In this document: one piece after another, positions 25,801 to 26,176 of the stretch
How positions within the stretch are numbered: the first letter of the stretch is position 1
Layout: each line of letters begins with the position of its first letter
From: Myxococcota bacterium
GTDB taxonomy: Bacteria; Myxococcota_A; Polyangia; Polyangiales; Houyiibacteriaceae
DNA length: 26,176 nt
Direction: 5' to 3'
Assembly: GCA_039030515.1 (NCBI GenBank)
Contig: JBCCEA010000048.1
Coordinates: 1-26,176, forward strand
Notes under the pieces: generated by a model
The model's database searches: none
Seen by the model: the letters and a program-made list of their open reading frames with translations, nothing else
What the model was told of the DNA's origin: nothing
Translations under genes and position numbers: made by a program

Positions 25801-26075
25801 TTTGGAACTCATACTATGGCCACCACAGGAGCAAAGACCATATCCAGACGGTGGAGGAATCGTATTTGCGAAGCCTCGAACGAACCGCACTCAAACGTCA
25901 ATCCGAGAGAATCCACGCTGGAATGATGGCCCTTTACGAACATTGGTTTTCCTTCGCCTATGCGCAGCAGCTGGTGACCCCAACCCCAACCGAAGTGCCG
26001 ACCATGCCTTCAAGCGTACCTTGCTCGGCCTGGAGTGGAGTTGCCCCCGAAGAATTGGACAGGTTATTTAGGTAG
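22842..26075 (+). CDS. Large hypothetical protein (1077 aa) with internal hydrophobic hairpins
   Basis: 3.2-kb uninterrupted ORF with GGAGG about 10 nt before the GTG/ATG start. Acidic, Ser/Pro-rich N-terminus, no signal peptide, three hydrophobic blocks, and a hairpin directly after the stop. No family recognised. Confidence 0.8.
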   Translation: MMRGMQRGFGSDSNEEKKEEEEEPVHRPASDSSSLEEDPYGNGSTSSVSPPTRSPAPSGDSPDVRRPNAYHPTKKAPDTTAFYPTAGEFRFPWGDPLWEDLISQHAVVKKPTSFALSTFYLPWLYRQWVATKNAHGAHRAGFRKSRPPPIDRTTAMVSLVEPGTNIFGVDPHNPFAEGYYSNALQARLNVLAQILFFVPYVGPTLSMGMNGANQASRTERHRYHEQHVADQANADAWQAVVEHEQEAHQRLKGALESRGGWNLEFLLEIAGLAVARHRHVNAIQNAIANHDYTGAEEHAKQAVDVLARYNALLLEDVENDNGRHSARISVDDATRVRIEKLLGNLDRNDSFQGQVFNALSKFKERSNGDTTASTPTSTRSRLRTNEDNPEALRTESQASLNMLVRALIEAERSRFYRGQTTLTTISSAAESAGAIPFFYLTALSTAYFSMDVVFQSSVAARGVFLAITLAAPYLVFLTNFAFAVYGAITAVETTKAIERLKENLRRFKTHLHNPPVDPSGIGDKAYAKTLICTVEALVRCLERKKRFAAMALASSTLGLVFGAIGFASAPLPPLSIPLLVAAFGLHGFSIICSFASSASALGTAATDVTLGSRFACSQQFVDFEGLERDLQRLPAQTTGASTLLDQAKQVFPGYLQQAEHCLGWVRFWYLYNRHIRRHARQSWRSRYDEKLFATLIRKAAAPYTDEAHKTLRETILSLRGNRHLQQIFERLEQKRREIRASLPSNDWTGRSLCTRDGQLLSKIRVASISAVLEFLITAKEQGPTNEWRDVAGSASQEKCKKLLGFEEASPTNAHSPSPGRREYLDANWVGTLENLYAQCEKLGIENNFYEEMAERAFIRHHYGRNNPHFWWFRLVKINPGGDVAIWPGINSFAYGKGVQRDGRARFNHHNTKHAYIFKIREFLEHLKYVYGEQEATPTNFDSRKVPRWENYTSHKQLWNIGADPTRPPNCRKYGHQYPANYAPDGFFWNSYYGHHRSKDHIQTVEESYLRSLERTALKRQSERIHAGMMALYEHWFSFAYAQQLVTPTPTEVPTMPSSVPCSAWSGVAPEELDRLFR

Positions 26076-26079
26076 CTCG

Positions 26080-26099
26080 CGCGCGCCGAAAGGCGCGCG
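26080..26099 (+). terminator. GC-rich hairpin with a GAAA tetraloop after the 1077-aa gene
   Basis: CGCGCGCC-GAAA-GGCGCGCG starting 4 nt after the TAG; lacks a U-tract. Confidence 0.6.
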
Positions 26100-26176
26100 G
26101 AGATGACATCTTGAGGCCCTTGTGTGGATGCTCCTCGTTGTAGGTTTCAAACCAGTCGTTGAGCTTCGCCATCACA

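Overview
GC-rich bacterial window; the protein families look most like Myxococcota or a related lineage (inference). From left to right: the 3' end of an IS1182-like transposase, a decayed IS3 orfA, a GNAT acetyltransferase, an SPFH protein, a RAYT-type HUH/Y1 transposase with flanking hairpins, and an outer-membrane beta-barrel. Next is a two-gene minus-strand operon: a 917-aa Cys-rich lipoprotein and a secreted mosaic fibre-like protein with an internally amplified repeat stalk and an AT-richer tip. A five-gene two-component/c-di-GMP cluster follows, then purE-purK, an animal-GLS-like glutaminase (EF-hand-like N-terminus, duplicated ankyrin module), a YjfB-like small protein, a palindromic REP-like repeat cluster, a MYG1-like hydrolase, and an orphan 1077-aa AT-richer protein with toxin/translocator-like hydrophobic hairpins. 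The best candidates for undescribed biology are the lipoprotein+fibre operon, the 1077-aa orphan, the double-ankyrin glutaminase and the possible RAYT/palindrome-array pairing. All family calls come from recognising motifs by eye; no searches were run.
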